Shown here piece by piece: positions 42,880-59,192 of a DNA stretch of 64,000 nucleotides (position 1 is its first letter; every line of letters starts with the position of its first letter). The stretch is from the human T2T-CHM13v2.0 reference genome, Homo sapiens. The notes beneath the pieces were generated by a model. The model was not told where the DNA came from and ran no database searches. It saw only the letters and a list, made by a program, of their open reading frames with translations. The translations under genes and the position numbers were made by a program. The stretch lies in assembly GCF_009914755.1 (NCBI RefSeq), contig NC_060930.1, one strand, 5' to 3'.

Positions 42880-44129
42880 CTGTTTATGCTGATTCTACAC
42901 ATCACTATAGTAAGTATCCAGACCATTTAGTAAAAAAAAAAAGTCCTAACCGAATGCCCCAAAACTTGTGCCCCAAATGAAAGTATATAAAATTGCTTTA
43001 ATTTTCAACACTTCAGTTGGTTGAATCATAATAATACCTTACATTTGCATGAGCTATCATGGTCCTCAGGGTGTTTTCACATATGTTTTTAGTAATTAAG
43101 ACTTTTTTCCGAGAAGGCTGTCAGGTGACCCACATCAATGAGCATTCAGGAGATTGGGGTATTATCTCTGTCCAGCGTGCTTTGTCCTGTTCTCCTCACA
43201 ATGGGTATCGCTAATTTCCAACTTGTATCAGTCATCTTCAAGCAGTCATTTGTCTTTTCAGATGTCTATTGGTCAGTCCTTTAAGTACCTGCTGCTTTTA
43301 TCACCAGTTATAATGGGGCGATTTATCAATGTCATTCGCCTCGCTCGGCAACAAGAGAGCAACTATGAGATCTTATAGAAGTGGTCCGCATACCTGGCCT
43401 TTAACCACTCTCCTTCGACTTGAAATGGTTCTTATACCTCTGTCGTCCCAGAACTTGTCAAGAGGTCTCGGGTCAGCCTTAACTGGGCCTTGCGCTTGGT
43501 TGCCCATCAGCCTTTGCCTTCAGGGTGCATTAGATAATTTTTTCATAAACTTCTTTTTTCCAAAAGCAATATCTGCCAGCATTCCCAAGTCCCTTTTTGT
43601 ATTTAGGGGTTGCATTATGTGTGTCTCTGGTTCTCACTTCTGTGTTTCTTATCATCATAATTGGCCTGACTCAGGCCAAGTAGGTGTTTGTCTCTATACC
43701 CCTATAATGTCAGTGCTAAGTAGTCCTAATAGGTCTTCCTAATAGAGGATGCCCTAAATCCTGCCCTTCCCAACCTTGCCTTTCCCTAGTCCCCAGAAGA
43801 ACTTCACCTTGAAGACTCAGCTCTGACCACCACTCCCCAATCAATTCTGACCAACAGGTAGTCATCACAAAAGTGGAGACTAATCCAACTATCCTAACCC
43901 TGCTGTCTGGTGGGCCTGGACTGAACCCTGGGCACCCTGTCTGCTGACCTGCCCTGAGCCTGTGCCATACTTAGCAGATAAGCACACATGGAGCATTGCT
44001 CTCTGATTGTACTGATGCCCTCCTGCTCAAATCCAGCATCTCCACCCCTACCCACTGTGGGTGCAGCTGAGCGAGCTCTATCCTTTTGCATTCCATTGCC
44101 TCAGAGGTTCCTTCCCGGTTTGCCTAGGA

Positions 44130-44390
44130 ATAGGCTGCCTTATGATTTTCATGGGCTTTAGGCACTTTTGCCTTCAAGAACCCCTTCCTCTGTAAAAATA
44201 TATATATAGAAAGTTGCACTTTACAAATGTCAGCATAAAGATAAATAATTAAAAGATTTTCTTTGCCATTTATTTTTTTCCTGACTTAATCTATTAAAGA
44301 GAAAATGTATTAATACATTTTCATGGGCCCTTGCTGTATTGTCATTAACCTACTAAGCCTAGAAACATGCCAGCTGTCAGTGCTATGCCT
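44130..44390. mobile_element. MER91-like hAT relic
   Basis: catgggctttaggcac ... catgggccctt...cctactaagcctaga, with an AT-rich core. Confidence 0.4.
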
Positions 44391-44668
44391 AGAGCACCTG
44401 ATGGAGAAGTCAGCCCCACCTAGAAACATACCTTCATAATGGATCTTGTTGCCTTAAATCAGGGTTTCTCAAAGCTCAGTCTTTTGCAAATCATATGAAA
44501 CTTTATCCCATATTGCATTTCACTAGTACTAGTTTTCATCTAATATTTTTCTTCAAATTTACTTCCTTTGAAATTTTGATAGCTGTATATTTAAGAAATG
44601 TAATGTCACTAGCATAAAGCCAATATAACTTGCCATAAATAGAAAATTTACATTAATACAAATTAACA

Positions 44669-45000
<332 letters not shown>

Positions 45001-45336
45001 TTAACATAAATACATTATGCATTAAAAAACATTCAGCTTGTTCATGTTCCACCCAGCTCCAGGCATTTTGCTGTCCTCAGCCTTGTCCTCTAGTGTTCCC
45101 TGTGGAGTTAATAATTGGGTCAATCCCTAGCACAAATGTGCCCCCTCTGTTCAAAGTTTTTTATTTGCTCACTGTCTACCCACTGACACCCGGCCCCTCT
45201 CCAGGCTACTGCTCCAAAATGGATGAGCCAACCAGACCTTCCCAACCAAATTAAGCATTGGCAAAGCATCCCATTACATTGGGTTTTCCTGGGAACAGCA
45301 CTATCTGTCCCACCCTGATTTTCCATGTCCTCCAGA

Positions 45337-45551
45337 GCAGCACTGTCCCCTGGCCCCTCCCATGCTGATGGAAATGTCCAGTCTCTGCATTTGCCAGCGC
45401 AGTATACCCAATAGGAGCAGTAACTACTGAGCATTTGTAATGTGCCAGTGTGACTTAGGAACTAAATTCTTCCTTTTATTTCATTTTAAATCATTTAAAT
45501 GTAAACTCTATAGACTCATGTGGCTAGTGGCTACCACACTGAACGGGGCAG
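45337..45551. mobile_element. MER3 (hAT-Charlie)
   Basis: cagcactgtcc...atgtggctagtggctaccacactgaacggggcag. Confidence 0.8.
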
Positions 45552-46199
45552 CTCTGGATGCTGTGAGTTAGACTGATGACTGTCCTCTTAGTTTCTAGAT
45601 CTCCATCCCGAACAGTTCTAAAATTATTTCCCTTTCCCTCAGTTCTATTATGCCACACAGCCAAGCTTATTAGTGAAATGATGATACTTAAGCTGTTATT
45701 AGTTGTTTACACTTTAGTGTGAAAGAAGGCCCTGGGAGGAGGTATGACAGAAGGACACACAAAGAGAATACGGGAGCCCCATGTGCTGCCTTGAGATGTT
45801 GGGATGGCGCAGACACAGACAGAATGAAGAGATGGATTCATTTGCCCCTGCTTTTCAGTTATGCAAGAATACCCAACATCTAAACTGTATTAATATTTTA
45901 TTTCCTGAACATTCTCCTCTTTGTCCCTTTTAAAACATTTGTGAGTCAGAGTCAAGATTCAGGTTCAGTGTAAGCCGTCTGCTCAGTCATTTGTCATTTA
46001 CCTGCTAAGCTCAGAAACTGTGCTTGAGCTGGCTTGAGTCCCCAGACTTTAGTATTCAAGTCTGTGAATCTGATGGTATTGAATTAAATTCATGACAAAA
46101 CCTGGCGCTCTCTCATCAGTCCAGTGAGGCCTCAGAGACCATGACTGCATTTAAGCAGACCTTTAAGGATCACAGCAATGGCACACATTTGTGGAGCAC

Positions 46200-46725
46200 A
46201 CACGTGGATGACCACCCATCCATTCCTGCCCCACCTCTTCCTGCTTCCTCATCAGCTGAGCCCCCGTTTGGTGTGGTGCCCAGCCTCTTCTGGGAGACCA
46301 TAAGCTCAGGACGGCAACATGATATGGAGCTCGCGAGATGGGTTGGTAAAACTGATTAAGCCAATCATGGAATTTCTCTTCTCTAGCCACTTAATGATTT
46401 TGGAAGAGGAACATGACCTAATGCTGGCCAGTGCGATGCTAAGGGAAGTCTACTAAAGGACTATTCGGAAAACATTCCTACTGATAAAAAGAGATGCATA
46501 GGACATGATCCTTCTCCCTCCATTGGCATTGTTGGGTTCACAATGAAGTCAGAAACTACAGCAGCCATTTGTCACCCTTGAAGTACAGGCACGACCTCTG
46601 GATGGTGGACAGGAAGAGGGGACAGGGTCCTTAACAGCATAGCAGAACTGTTATTGTGAAATAATAAACCTCCTAGGAGGTTAAGCCATTTTGGATTTTT
46701 CTTTGCTTAGCAGCTGACATCATTA
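46200..46725 (+). mobile_element. ERVL LTR16-like solo LTR
   Basis: aagccaatcatggaatt...catgacctaatgctggccagtg...aataataaacctcct...gcagctgac. Confidence 0.6.
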
Positions 46726-48336
46726 TTATTGATAAAAGTGTAATAAATCATGGCATTTCTGTTGCGTCTCACTTGACTTAAACTTTTGCTTCCCTGCCCC
46801 CAGAAAATGAACAGGGGATAGGTTTAGCTTTTTCTTGTTTTGTGAATTGGAGAAACTGTCTTTTCTGACACTGTTTGTTATTTTACTTCTGGAATGCCTT
46901 TCTATATAAATCAAATAGGCCAAACTTTGCCTATTTCTTCATCTTTGACATGGGAATAAAGGACCAAACAACTACTCTTTCAACTATATAGAAACTGACT
47001 GAATACGGTTACTAATAAGAATAAATCCTAAATGACAAATTCTAAATAGCAGTAATAAGATGTGGCCATTTGCTATAATACCTTTAATTACAAATATAAA
47101 ATACCGTTTTATTTGCATCTTTAAAAATAAGGCCTTTTTCTGCTGGGCATCGATATTGAACACTTATTTAGTAGGCACAATTCTACTTCCATTGTGCAAA
47201 AGGCACAAATAGTAGCTTTCGCCCCAAAGCAAAAACCCTTCAGGGAATCTGTCTCCACTAATGCATGTATTGATACACATGCATATTTCCCATTAATACT
47301 AATAGAACTTAATGTGCCTTTATAAATCACCTGAATTTTGATTCAGTGTGAATCTGATGCCAGATGATTCAAGATGAAATGACAAAATATATTTGTCTGG
47401 CAGCTATTCCGTAATACACCTTCATCATAGCTGAATTCCTGTCCTGTGACTGAAATATTAATCAAAAGCTGTTTCTTCTTGCTCTCATCTCCCACATACT
47501 GCCTCTTGCCATCAGAAGAGATGAAGCAGACTCATCTATGTGACTGCGTACCTCTACTCAGGCAAAATTTAACGTTCTATTGAATAAAATAAAGAGGGAA
47601 TGAACAGAGAAGAGAAATTCATAGGGGTTTTTCTTCTTGTGGGAAGAAGTATGTGGGGCTTGGTTAAATCAAGTGTACATCTGTTCTTGAGTCCTGGAAG
47701 AAATGCTGGGCCACACAGGCCAAGTGTGAGCAATTTACACATCTTTATTCCCCTCTTTGTCCTCACCCGTTGTCAGCTGTACCAAGCATCTTACCTCTCT
47801 ATATCTCAAGCCTCCGGAATAACAGATTTTGTATCCAGCATCCATGTACTCTCTGGGAGAAATGCATTTTAGCACCTCTCAGAATGGTGAAGGGCTCCTC
47901 AACCCGTATGCCTCCCCTCTTTCAAGCTTGGCTGTTCCGGTTGCATCTAACTTCAGCTTCTTTTCCTCTCTGATCTTTCCCCTGTCTTACTAGGATTCTA
48001 GTCATAGTGATCACTCTTGGAGACTGTCTTTGGTTTTACTCTGTTATAGGCAAAAAAGAAAGAGTGTGCTCTAAGACAAATGAAACACATACACACAGTG
48101 TATTTTTTTTCCCCAATGTGTCTTCCAGAGATAGCAAAATTAAACATCAGACAGAAAGGAAAACATAGATTGTAAGCAAAAGCCCTACATAATTTTCGTT
48201 TATGGCTTGACCACATATTGAAATTATGAAACATCAGCACTGAAAAGGGCCTTTGGCAGTATATTACAGTAATGCTCCACCCAAGAGCTATGACTTTTCA
48301 CAGTGGCCAAGCCAACTGTGTCACCAGGATGTTTCA

Positions 48337-48722
<386 letters not shown>

Positions 48723-49295
48723 CTATATCATTGCTGTCTATATTAATGAGTTACAAGTCATTTGGTTTTTTCTCTGTTCCAAGAGAGTTGGGGAATAATT
48801 AAATACAGAGCTGCTTGAATGGCTTTTAAATCCAAAGTGTCTTAATTCCCAAAACCTATGTGACACCCTGGATGAATCTTGAGGTCTACAAAGCCTTTCA
48901 GAGTTAGTTTGGTCATTATAATCTGCTTGAACCCAAGGGAATGTTAGGATTAATTGAGCTCTAATTACTAGTAGTTGAAGATTTGTGACAAAGGTATAGA
49001 ATTGTAGTAGATCTTCAAATATTGCTCTAAATAGACATATTTTTTCTGAAGTGGAACACTTTTCATGTTGGTTATTGGGATGTGTTGCTCAGTGTATAAA
49101 ATTTAAAGTTCTGTTAAAAAAGAAAACATTGTTGAGTGGAAGAGCTTGTAACAGTCTAACTCTGTTATCCATATCCAAGGGAAATATGGTTATTTGGATT
49201 ATGAAACTATGGCCCAGCCATCCTCAACCTTGTGGCCTCTTATCGAATTGTGGATATCAGATTTAGGAGCAACTAAAGATATGCTACCTACCTCA

Positions 49296-49756
<461 letters not shown>

Positions 49757-50599
49757 GCACTAAAGGAAGGTACCAGTTATTTATTGGGGCATTTATATAG
49801 GTTAGTCCCTATTTCATAGCTGAGGCCCAGAAAATTTAAAGTAACATGCCCAAGTTCACACAGTATGTGACAGAGCTAGAAATGAAGCCCCTGTGTGTCT
49901 CATCATGCTCTTTCCACTACACCAGTGATACACTGCATGATCCCCACAGCCAGGTGCCATGATGTGGGTGGCCTGTGACGGCTGCTCCCTGTCGTGACTG
50001 CCACCATGCGCTGGAAGCATCTGTTATATGGATGCTGGAACCCCCACGTTCCTTCTTTCAGGACACTCTAGAATAGGGAAGAGAAGCCAGGAGTGCTGGC
50101 CTCAAGAGGATTTGCTGCGTCATTGTCAAGCCACCTGGAAGCCGCTCTCGGGCATACTTGGGTGGGACTGAGGAATGTCCCCTCTCAGCTTCAGGAAAAG
50201 AGTGTTCTTCTAGCCAGTGAACCAACCAGCGTCACTGGGAGACACTTTGATAGCTCCCCGAGGGTACACTGGGCAGCAGACAGTCCTGGAATAGTGGAGC
50301 TGTCGCCAGAAGGGTTGCCCAGGGAATTGGGAGGTTAGGAGAACCGGGAGAAGAGGGAAATCATCTTCACCCAGAGCATCAGCAGGCAGGAAAGAGGAGC
50401 CACCAGATTAAGCAGGACACTGTGCAAAATGAGCATGAAGGTAGGAGAAATACACCCAGGAAGCAGGTACAGCCATGGGGCAGCGCTGATGCCAAGAGAT
50501 GGGGAATATGGGGACAGGCCAAGGTTGGTGTCTCAACAGTGATTAAGAATTAGGACCTTGGGGGCTGAAGAAAGTAGGATTCAACCAACAATTGTTGAC

Positions 50600-50890
50600 A
50601 AAAGACATCTTAATTGCTTCTTCTCAAAGTCCAAGATGCTCTGAAAGCTGAACATTTTTAGTGGCAAAACCAGTCCTGAATTGACGTAAGGCTGTCTGTA
50701 ATCTTCATTCCTCTCTCTTAATGTGACTATTCTTACCATTTTGCTACAGAAATACGTGTATATCTGATTATGGATGATGCGGGTGGTATTATATGATAGA
50801 GAAGATAAGAATAGAATTACATGTGTGGAACTGCAAAGCCTGAATTTCTAAACACATCTATTCTCAAGGGTTTCTGACAGGGGACTGTGT
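50600..50890. mobile_element. Old Tigger-family DNA transposon relic
   Basis: ctgaatttctaaacacatct...caagggtttctgacaggggactgtg resembles Tigger termini. Confidence 0.45.
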
Positions 50891-50894
50891 GTCA

Positions 50895-51080
50895 TGCACT
50901 CACTTCCTCATTATCTCATTTAATCCCCACAAGAATCTTGAGAGGAAGGTTTGTTTCCCTCATTTTGTAGAAGAAAAAAGTAATATAGAGAGGAGTTTAT
51001 TTGACCCAGGTCCCACAACCAGTGGAAAGTAACAGAGTGAGGCTTGAACCCAGTTTCTGTGCCTGAGCCATGCAGTCCGG
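50895..51080 (-). mobile_element. MIR
   Basis: tctcatttaatccccacaagaatcttgagagg...ccctcattttgtagaagaa. Confidence 0.7.
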
Positions 51081-51667
51081 TGATGGGGACGGTAGAGCAG
51101 CAAGCAATGGCTTCAGGGGAGGGGACTCAGGGACATCACTAAGCTTCTCCTGGTAAGAACAAGATAGCTTGTGATCCTCCTTTTACATTCTCCTGCCCCT
51201 GCCTGTGACATCTCCCACAGTTATTTTGGGTTTTATTTAAAAAGAAACAACTGCTGGGCTAGAGCCTTCTGTCAGCATGAAGTTCTAGCAATGCTGAGTT
51301 AGAGTGAAATCGAATTTTTGTAAAAACTCTAGCGTCCTTCAGATACATGAGAAGACCCCTAAGACCATAGTTTTAAAACTTTAAGCAGTCTCCAATTCCT
51401 TTGCAAACTTGATGAGAAGAACCCTCTCTGTGGGATATTGCACAGAAACCTCCACAGACTAAATTTTTCACTCTATTTCAGAGGCTCCTACCCACGAACC
51501 CCAGATTAAGAATCTGTATTCTCCGCTTTTATGGAATAAGTAAATTTTCTGTGACAAAAATTAATAGCAAAAAAAAGTTCAACTGGAAAGAGTCAAGATT
51601 ATTTCAATTAATATGTCAATGATTCTGTGGAGATGTAATTGCTGTAGAAGCCTGGAATTCCCTAGCC

Positions 51668-51672
<5 letters not shown>

Positions 51673-51704
<32 letters not shown>
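51673..51704. repeat. (GT)16 microsatellite
   Basis: Read directly from the sequence. Confidence 0.95.
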
Positions 51705-51706
<2 letters not shown>

Positions 51707-52519
51707 AAAGTGTTGAGAAAAGCACGGGGAAGGGAGGCTCAGGTGATTATTCTCATTTCTCAAGAAAATTACCCATACAGGTATTATTAAATCCTTACAG
51801 TTCTTTTGACCTCTCTGCTCTTATAAACAACCAACTGGTCAGTCCTGAAAACAGGCACTAGATTAGAGGTCGCTTTCAGTTCAGGATCTTGTCATTATCT
51901 CTGGTCTGTATGTGCTTGGAGACTTCGGATCTCCTAGGCAGGTTCCTTTTCATCATCTGCAATACTCAATTTGCAAACCACTGTCAGGGCCCTACTACAA
52001 AAAATCTCCAGCTGGCATCTTAACTGTCTAGTTTATTTTCCCCTTGCTCTTTTGATTTACTAGGGTTCTAAGCCATTATTTTCTAAAACTAAATGTTTCC
52101 TAGTCTTTTATATCTCTGCTTGATAGTTATGATAACCTGCTCCCAAGAGTATAAAACTAGAAATGATGAATAGAAGAATTGTGTTCGCCATTAGCCAACA
52201 CAGAAAACAGCTTCTTCTCAGAAATTCAAAAAGTTGATAATGGCAGATTGGGGTTTTTACATGATTACCTTTATGACAGTTCTGTCACTCCACACCAAGT
52301 GCAATATATTCAGGCTGGCTTTTTTCTGACAGGAGTATCCATCGCTCATGACACTGGACTGAGGTCTAATTCTGATTTGTGCATTTGGTAATTGACAGAA
52401 ACTGATGGTGCGTGCATGTTGACGTGAAGTTAAAAAAATAGGCATGTTCGTACAAAATGCTTATATGCCCCTCATTTCGCACATGTTAATAATATAAGAT
52501 GAAATGATACATGCAGTTG

Positions 52520-52740
52520 AGTGAAAATGGTTAGGTTCTTGAACTCTGTAGTTAATTTAACCTGGATTTGGATATTGAACCACTTTTCTGCTATATAACT
52601 ATAGGTAAGTTACTCTATATCTCTATACTTCATTCTCTGACATTAAAATTAGTATTACCCCATAGAGGAGCTTCAAGTATTAATTGAGATAATACATGTA
52701 AAGCACTTACTTAGGACAGTGTCTAGTTCAATATGTGTTT
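52520..52740 (+). mobile_element. MIR
   Basis: ttgagataatacatgtaaagcacttacttaggacagtgtctag. Confidence 0.65.
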
Positions 52741-53996
52741 TCTCTCATCAATATTACCTCTCAGAATAATAATGATTTCCCAGCTCTATTCTCCCACCAG
52801 ATCCCTCTCCAACATTGTTTGTGCCTAAATACAACTGAGCCCCAAAATGTGCCTAGCTGTATATTTGGTATTTCTCTCAGCTCTGATATATTAGAGAATT
52901 CGTGCTTGGATGAGGGAGCGGGGAGGAAAGTCTCATGTTGCCATAGTGCTTTGCATGACATGAGATTTCATGCCGTTATTACCAACAGCTTTTTTATACT
53001 GTATAGCAGTCTGTAGGGGCTCAATGTGTTTCTGCTGAACTGAGCTGAAACAGGAGACAAAGAAAATGACTGTGTTCCTTGCACCTGCTTGCACTCTGGG
53101 GCCATCCCTGCCCTGGCCCTGTAGTCATCACTGGTAGATGGTTGTAGAAGAGCTATTCCAGAACAAAACATTCTGAGGAGTCTGGCGGGCTCGTTCCTAT
53201 CACCCTGGTGCCCAGGAGTCCAGGGATGCCTGGTTCATCTGGGATCATCATGGGAATTCTGCCATGCTGTCACTTGGCCCTGCAGAGAGTTGGACAGAAG
53301 ACTGTGAGGGGTTCTGCCAGCACCTGGACAGGCTCCCTGTGAGAAGGGCCACTCACCTAGCTTTATGTTTTTGTCAGCTTTAAATTGCTTTCGGCCTAAA
53401 ACCACCTGTCTTATTCCAACTGAAATTCAATAAGCATCTGGAAAAAAACAACCCAGTTTGGAAACCAGTAGGAAACCCAATCATTACCTTTCTTAGTTTG
53501 GCCAAAGTGTGCAAATCTTAGTTTCTTGTGAAACTTATGAAATTTTAAAATCTATGTCCCACTGAGGCAGTCATTCTAGAAAAGGAAAGGTTGATAAGAC
53601 CTAATATGTTTAAATCATGCTAAATAAGTCTTCCACAACTTAGCTCAACAAAAGCTAACACTCTGGGCTTCTTCTGTTTGGGATGGGTGCTCTGGAGTGG
53701 AAAAAGGTTATCCTCATGAGGACAGATGCAGACATTTTGCCAGACTGCTGATGAGGGAACTTGTAATTTTTTAAAATCTTTAAAAATGGGATTCTCAGTA
53801 ATAAACGGCCCTCTACGAGGTATCATAGAAAGCAACATTGTAATGACTATCTTATTTCTGATGATAAATTGTGGTGTCGTTTCATCGCATCCCCAGACGT
53901 CAGGGTCAACTGTAAAATCAGAGTCAACTTGCTGTGCTTGCTGGAACTTTTCCACAGCACTAAAATTTTGCTATGGTGTATAGTGGACAGAGCTAG

Positions 53997-54292
<296 letters not shown>

Positions 54293-54838
54293 TTGTCCTA
54301 ACTTCTTTTTATAAAAGAAAACCTTTTCCCTGGCAGAACTATACCAGCAATACCTTCTAATATGTAACAGTAGATTTTAAGTTTCTAGAATATGGATGAC
54401 ATGAAGGAATTTATAGTATTACTTTTCCACATCTACTTGTATCATTTTTTAGCTTCTGTTCTTTTTCCTACTACTTTTATTGTCTAAAGAGAAATACTCG
54501 GATTTCTTGCTTACTTGGCCTTCTGTACTTCGTTGTGCTTGTGCAGATTGGGTTTTTAATATTTATTTATTTTGGTAACTTTTTATTATGATAAGACTGG
54601 CTGGAGGGGGAAAAACATGAAGCATATTGAATTACTTACAGTGGCAAATGATATTGTTATTCTAATACCATGAACAAAAACAAAAAACAATGGGCTGGAG
54701 TCAGGACATGTGGGTTCTAACTCCTGTATCTCCAGGAAGACCGCTGGCATCTGGGGACATTTGTGTGAGATGACCAGTCAGGTCCGTCCAGCCCTGAATG
54801 ATGGGGAGAGTGTCCCACAGTGCAGGGAAAGAGGATGA

Positions 54839-55264
<426 letters not shown>

Positions 55265-55394
55265 TAGGGAGTTAAATGAAATCCTGGGCTATAAAGCGCT
55301 TACCACTAGTCCCTGACACTGAGTCCCTGAGTACACACTGCTTATTATGGACCACATGGCCCCACTTAATCCTGAATAGCAACCTAGACAGACT

Positions 55395-55770
55395 CGAGCC
55401 AGACTGGCTGTGCCACCTTGGGCAAGTTGCTTAACCTCTCTGAGCCTTGTCCTTAACACAGTGACAATAATATGCATAGCATAGGATTGTTGTAAGGACT
55501 TTAAAAATCTTGATAGGAATATTGCTTACTGTTTGGCATGTGCTGCGTACTTGCTGAGTGACACTCCATAACCCAGTGGCAGTTATTGAAGCAAAGTGCT
55601 TTACCATGTTATCACTTTCCATCCTCACAGTAGCCTATGTGGTACCGTTTTGTTCTTATCCCCATTTTACAGACAGGAAAACTGAGAACATCATCCAGAT
55701 CACACAGCCAGCATGTGGTGGAGGCAGGGTTCAAACGCAGGTCCTCCTAATCTAAAGCCCACCAGCCTTA
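55395..55770. mobile_element. Two MIRs in opposite orientation
   Basis: ccttgggcaagttgcttaacctctctgagcc (+) and atccccattttacagacaggaaaactgag (-). Confidence 0.7.
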
Positions 55771-55884
55771 CAGTCTGTGGTGGGCCTGTATCCCTCAGGA
55801 AACAGCCAGGGCAGTCTAAACTGCTAAGATGCTTCCAGCGCAGGCCCAGGCACCAATATCCTGAGGAAGGATGTCAAGAATCTA

Positions 55885-56268
<384 letters not shown>

Positions 56269-58257
56269 TCATTTGCAAACCAGATTCATGGCTGAGTGTA
56301 GCAACACTGCCAAGAGGGCACTGCATACACTCTGCTTAAAAGTCAAGCACTTTTGAAAACATCTGCTTGAAATTGTGAGCCACTGATTGAAATGAAATGA
56401 AAAAAAAATAAAAAAACTTAGCTGCCAAGCAACCATGGAAAGAGGAAGAGGAAAAAAGAACCAGCGACAAACAGCTAGTAAACACATCGCCACAGATGGT
56501 CACACAATAAGACCCCAACCCAAAAACATAACCTAACATGTAAAGATGACAGAGGTTTTTGCCAAAAGTTATTTTACGCTTCAGTAAGGGGAACAGAAAA
56601 CTGTTCTTTTTCTGTTGAATGGCACAAATCTACAGGGCTCATTTTCTTTAGTGGGACATTCCTCTACTTTGTTGGTTCTAACACAACACAGCTGCCCCAG
56701 TGCAACTAAGCTGGTGGGTATCTGACTTTTGCAGGAAAAAGGGTCCCTGGCCTTTGTCCTCACTGCTCTGGTGGCAGAAGGAGAGCTGGTGCTGGGACCT
56801 TGGAGGGAGAGCTTCCTCCTCCCTCCCAGCTGCCACATCAGGACAGAAAACTGACTCCTGCTAGCAGTACTTTGGAAGAAGTTCTGCTCTGGACTTTGTA
56901 GGTCACGCAGTCAGAGGGATTTAAATCCAGGCAGTTCAGAGTCCACACCACCTTGTGAACCCTTCTGCTTCTCTGTGATGATAGTTTAACCTTATCTGAC
57001 CTTGGCTAGTGTGCCTGCCTCAGAAAGGATTTGTTTATCCTTAATGAAAAGGATCTTGCATTTTTATAAACTCTGAAATATCCCTCTTCCAATCCAAAAT
57101 GAGCATAACTTAGAACTCAGAGCTGAAATTGCATGTTCATGCTCAGCCTGAAAGTGGATGGAGGTGCTGAGGTAAGGACTGGGCTTCCTTGGAAAGACCT
57201 TAGGGAGGACCACAGGCTCATGGGAGCCAGGATTGGCCTTGGTTATAGGAACAGTGTTCAAAACATGCCCACGCAGCATCCTCACTTCTCAGAAACAGAA
57301 GAGCCTTCCTAGGAATCAAACAGCCTGGCCACATTTTATCTTGCGAAACTATTTGGCCTAGGTTCTCCATCTCCCTCACCTCCTACATCTAATTGATTCT
57401 CTCCTCATTGTAGAAATTCCAGGAGCCCCTTTCTGCTTTCCCTTCTTTTTACTTCATATCTTAAACTTTGCAGTAACGTTGCCAATCTCCTTGTTTTCTC
57501 TCCTATTTTCTCATCCACCCTGCACAGAAATGTCTGATTATCTCTTCCCCTATGCAAAAGAATTCAGACCTCCCCATTTCCCCTATGATCAAAGTTCAGT
57601 CTTTATCCTCAAATTCTTCTGACGCTATGATGATTCCCACTCAGCTGCATGCATTATCTCCTCCAAACTCGTTTTTCCCTAGTCCTTTAACACGCCTCAT
57701 GATTCTCACCTGTTAACCTGTCACCTTTATCCTCCCAAACAACGCAGATACAGGTGAAATGGCCCTCACTCTGGCTCCACACTTAAGGGGACCCTCCTCT
57801 GGCCTTCCTCCTCCTTCTGGGGCAAAAAATTGGCAGAGCTAAGGGAACGTACCCACTGAGCCCACATCCTGCTATCTGGTCCATGCCTGGGACACCTGAG
57901 ACCCTGCTGCAATGGTTCAATGGCAGCTTTCATGACCTGTGCAGGTGATGGGGAAATGGACTGAGTTTAGACTTGCAGGCCTGGGTGTTTCCCCACGTGC
58001 ATAGGAGGCTCTTTACAGCACAGGTGGAACCTGAGGGGAGGGTCCGGGATGGGAGTGTGACATGCAAAATGGTGCATGGTATTGAGGAAGCCAAAAGAGT
58101 TTCAAGAAGAATGGAATAGTAGATAGTGGCAACTATAGCAAAGGTGAAATAGGACATGCACTGAAACATACATGTGGGTTTGGCAATTTGGAGGTCTCTT
58201 CATCTAAGCCTGCGAAAGCACCTCCAGTAATTCTTCTCATTTTGAAGTCAAATCTAT

Positions 58258-58685
58258 TTTTCTTAGTCTGTTCGTGCCACTGTAACAAAATACCACAGAC
58301 TCAGTAATTTATAGAGGATAGAAATTTACTTCTCACAGCTCTGGAAGCTGGAAAGTGCAAGACCAGGCACAGACAGTTTCAGTGTCTGGTGAGGGCCCCG
58401 TCTCTGCTTCCTCAATGGCACCTTCAACTCTGTATCCTCATATGGCAGAAGGGATAGAAGAGCAAAAGGGGGATGAACGCTGTGTGCTCACATGGCGGAA
58501 GTGCAGAAGAGCGAAGAGGTCTGAACTTGTTCCCTCCAGCCGTCTTGTAAGGCACTAATCCATTCATAAGGGTGGACTTAATCATCCATGACAATCACTT
58601 CCCAAAAGACCCTACCTCTTAATACCACCACAATGAGAATTAAGTTGCAACGTTAATTCTAGCGGGACATATTCAAACCATAGCA
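58258..58685 (-). mobile_element. MST (MSTB/MSTC) solo LTR
   Basis: tcttagtctgttcgtgccactgtaacaaaataccacagact...attcaaaccatagca. Confidence 0.88.
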
Positions 58686-58804
58686 GTACTCATATTATTA
58701 CAACTACACTACTAGTTGAACTAGTAGTTGTGGGAATAGCAATGATTGGATGGGGAAAACAAGAGTAAATGGCCAATACCAACAGATACATGAAAAAATG
58801 CTCA

Positions 58805-59192
<388 letters not shown>

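Noticed and set aside
53317-53337. REST/RE1-like CAGCACC-T-GGACAG
   Set aside because: The spacer is 1 nt rather than the canonical 2, and the flanks mismatch.
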